From the NCBI GenBank assembly GCA_053919585.1, contig CM132817.1: a DNA stretch of 64,000 nucleotides, one strand, 5' to 3'. Below the pieces are notes generated by a model. That model saw only the letters and a program-made list of their open reading frames with translations. It did not search any database and was not told where the DNA came from. The position numbers and the translations under genes are program-made. The DNA is from Euprymna scolopes. Lineage: Eukaryota. Positions within the stretch are counted from its first letter, which is position 1. Each line of letters opens with the position of its first letter. Below are positions 62,120-64,000 of the stretch, one piece after another.

Positions 62120-64000
62120 AGATAACAATAAAAATGGTACAATAATTCATTTGTGTCGAGGACGGGGAAAAATAGATGATTAGTAGGACCCTCCCAACCC
62201 CGTCTAGTTGATAGACTGCCCGTTCCACTAGGTTTGTAAAAGGAACCTCGCTTCTGCGGGTCAGTCTCTAAGTGGGGATGTCCTCTAGATGCAGGTGAAT
62301 GGAGAAAAGAAAAATTTTGTGGGTAAGGGATGGGGGTTAGTTTGTATTTTTTTCTCTTTAAGATGGGTTAAATTTAGAGGAAGGGGTGAAAACAAAAATT
62401 GCAAGTAGGAGAAGATGGGTATCTTGGAGGCTTCCTAATCGGGGAGGGATGGAACACACTCAGCTAGCTAAGAGGCTACTTGTTTAATTTCACCTTACGG
62501 AAATGCGCCTTCCACACCTAGGCAGGGAACATGTATGTGGGTCCTTTTCGTACACACAGACTTGCTACATGTATCCATCTTCTGACAAATGCAGCGCGAT
62601 GCAGCCTTCTTCTATCACATCTGATCTTTTTGGCCAAGATCGAAGTGTAGTATCTGTCTTACTACATGCTGCACTTAATGTTTGTAACGTTATCTTTACA
62701 AATTTCATGTCAATCCTACATTCACGCATTCATTCATGGTGTTTAAAGAAAGCGATCAGATCCTGATCAGAAAAAGAAAACTCCCCCCCGGCAACCTTGC
62801 AGACGCGATGTCGAAATCACCATCCTCGCCATGGCCATGATCGTAATGTAGACCATTTGTCTTTCGCGATCCCAAGGCGGCCTCACGTTGTCCACAACAT
62901 TGGATACGGTAATTGGGCGAGGATGCTCAGGGTCGATGCGAGCCGTCACTTTGCTGACATACGACCAGTACTGGCGGAGTTCACAGCAATCAAAGAAAGC
63001 ATGATCAGTCGTTTCTACGGCCGTTGTCCCACAAAGGGGACAATCAGGCGACTCCAAAAACCCAGAACTGCATTGTATGGTGTTGAGTAGAAGTGCATTT
63101 CGAGCCAATCGCCAGGTCAGAGAGAACTCCGAAGTGTTCAGATGACTCGAACCTGGCGCCCAGCTCCGCGCGGAGTGGATCTCACCCTGCTGCCAACCCA
63201 AACGCGCGCACAGCGGGTCGTTGGCGGCTCCCTCCCTTAGATCCCTGTGGAGTTCACTATGAGTAGCAGTCACAAGATCGCTAGAGGCAGATCCCCCCCC
63301 GGCCTGCGACGGCTCTTGATAGAAGGGTCGAGAACGAGATCGGCGAAGGCGATAGTAACCACAGGGTGCCTCGGTTAGTCATCTGGCATATAGTGGGTCA
63401 GGAAGGCCAGCTTCTCAGCTCTCGATGACACTTCAGTCCAGCATTCCCAAGCCTTCCTCACACAGACGTTGAATACAGACCTGTCTGCTCACCAAGTGTC
63501 TTCCTCTGTCCCAAAGTGGCAAGGACAAGAGTTCGACAAGAGCTGTTAGGTGTTGTGCAGGCAAGGGAAGTGCGGCCAGTCGGTAAAGGATGAGAGGAAA
63601 GACGTAAGTTGCGCACGCCCCAGCTCTACCGTTTCAGGAAAGTTTCCTAGGAAGCCACGAATTGACTGCAGCCTCCAACTTTTGACCATACCTCCAACCA
63701 ATTTTTCTCAAGCTGGAGACCCAGTCCGAACCATCCGCCGAGGATCCAAACCGGGCCATCCGTCCAGCTGAAAGGCGCCGGGAGGTTGGCGTTGCCACTC
63801 CAGGCGCCCAACCGCAGTCCTACCGACTTTCTGCGGTTTATCTTGGTCCCTGTAATTCTTTCGTACCAAGTGAGCGCCTCCGCCACGATCTCGATGCCTC
63901 TGAAGCACGACCCAAAGACCCTGACATCATCGGCGAACGCAGATACCTTGCTGGCTGAGCCACCCGGTATAAAAATTCCACGCAGGGCCAAATTTGCCTC
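62120..64000 (-). pseudogene. Decayed L1/Tx1-clade LINE ORF2 3' half and 3' UTR (runs off the window end)
   Basis: VSAFADDV (RT catalytic motif), YERITGTKINRRKSVGLRLGAW, ILGGWFG, WRLARNAL and the CCHC-type CPLCGTTAVETTDHAFFDC, with several frameshifts. The segment is GC-rich relative to its flanks. Confidence 0.85.
62626..62735 (+). mobile_element. Short U2-headed insertion interrupting the Tx1 ORF2 C-terminus
   Basis: CTTTTTGGCCAAGATCGAAGTGTAGTATCTGTCTT followed by CATGCTGCACTT. The flanking minus-strand peptides DLIAFFKHH and KIRCDR appear to be separated by it. Confidence 0.6.

Overview
AT-rich animal genomic DNA (probably an invertebrate; the host is not identifiable from sequence alone) with nine N-gaps and many (TA)n/(AAT)n microsatellites. 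I see no host protein-coding gene; the window is almost entirely nested transposable-element material. The one intact gene is a 1567-aa RepHel (HUH-Y2 Rep + PIF1-type helicase) inside a full-length ~9.3-kb Helitron (A|TC...hairpin-CTAG|T, 4312-13640) that sits in a (TA)n tract and carries a nested foldback/Mutator-like element. Around it are non-autonomous Helitrons, Penelope-like (GIY-YIG, probably Naiad-type) fragments, SINEs, and decayed CR1-like, RTE, R4/Dong-like, Tx1/L1, Ty3/gypsy and Tc1/mariner relics. The two most unusual signals are non-coding. (1) A dispersed and tandem ~215-265-bp repeat family begins with the 5' ~40 nt of U2 snRNA and folds back onto the U2 branch-site recognition sequence, with compensatory stem changes between copies. 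(2) A ~260-nt tandem repeat has tRNA-like Pol III boxes plus a type I hammerhead ribozyme (retrozyme-like) and lies next to Penelope-like termini. All calls are by eye from remembered family motifs; no database search or folding was run.
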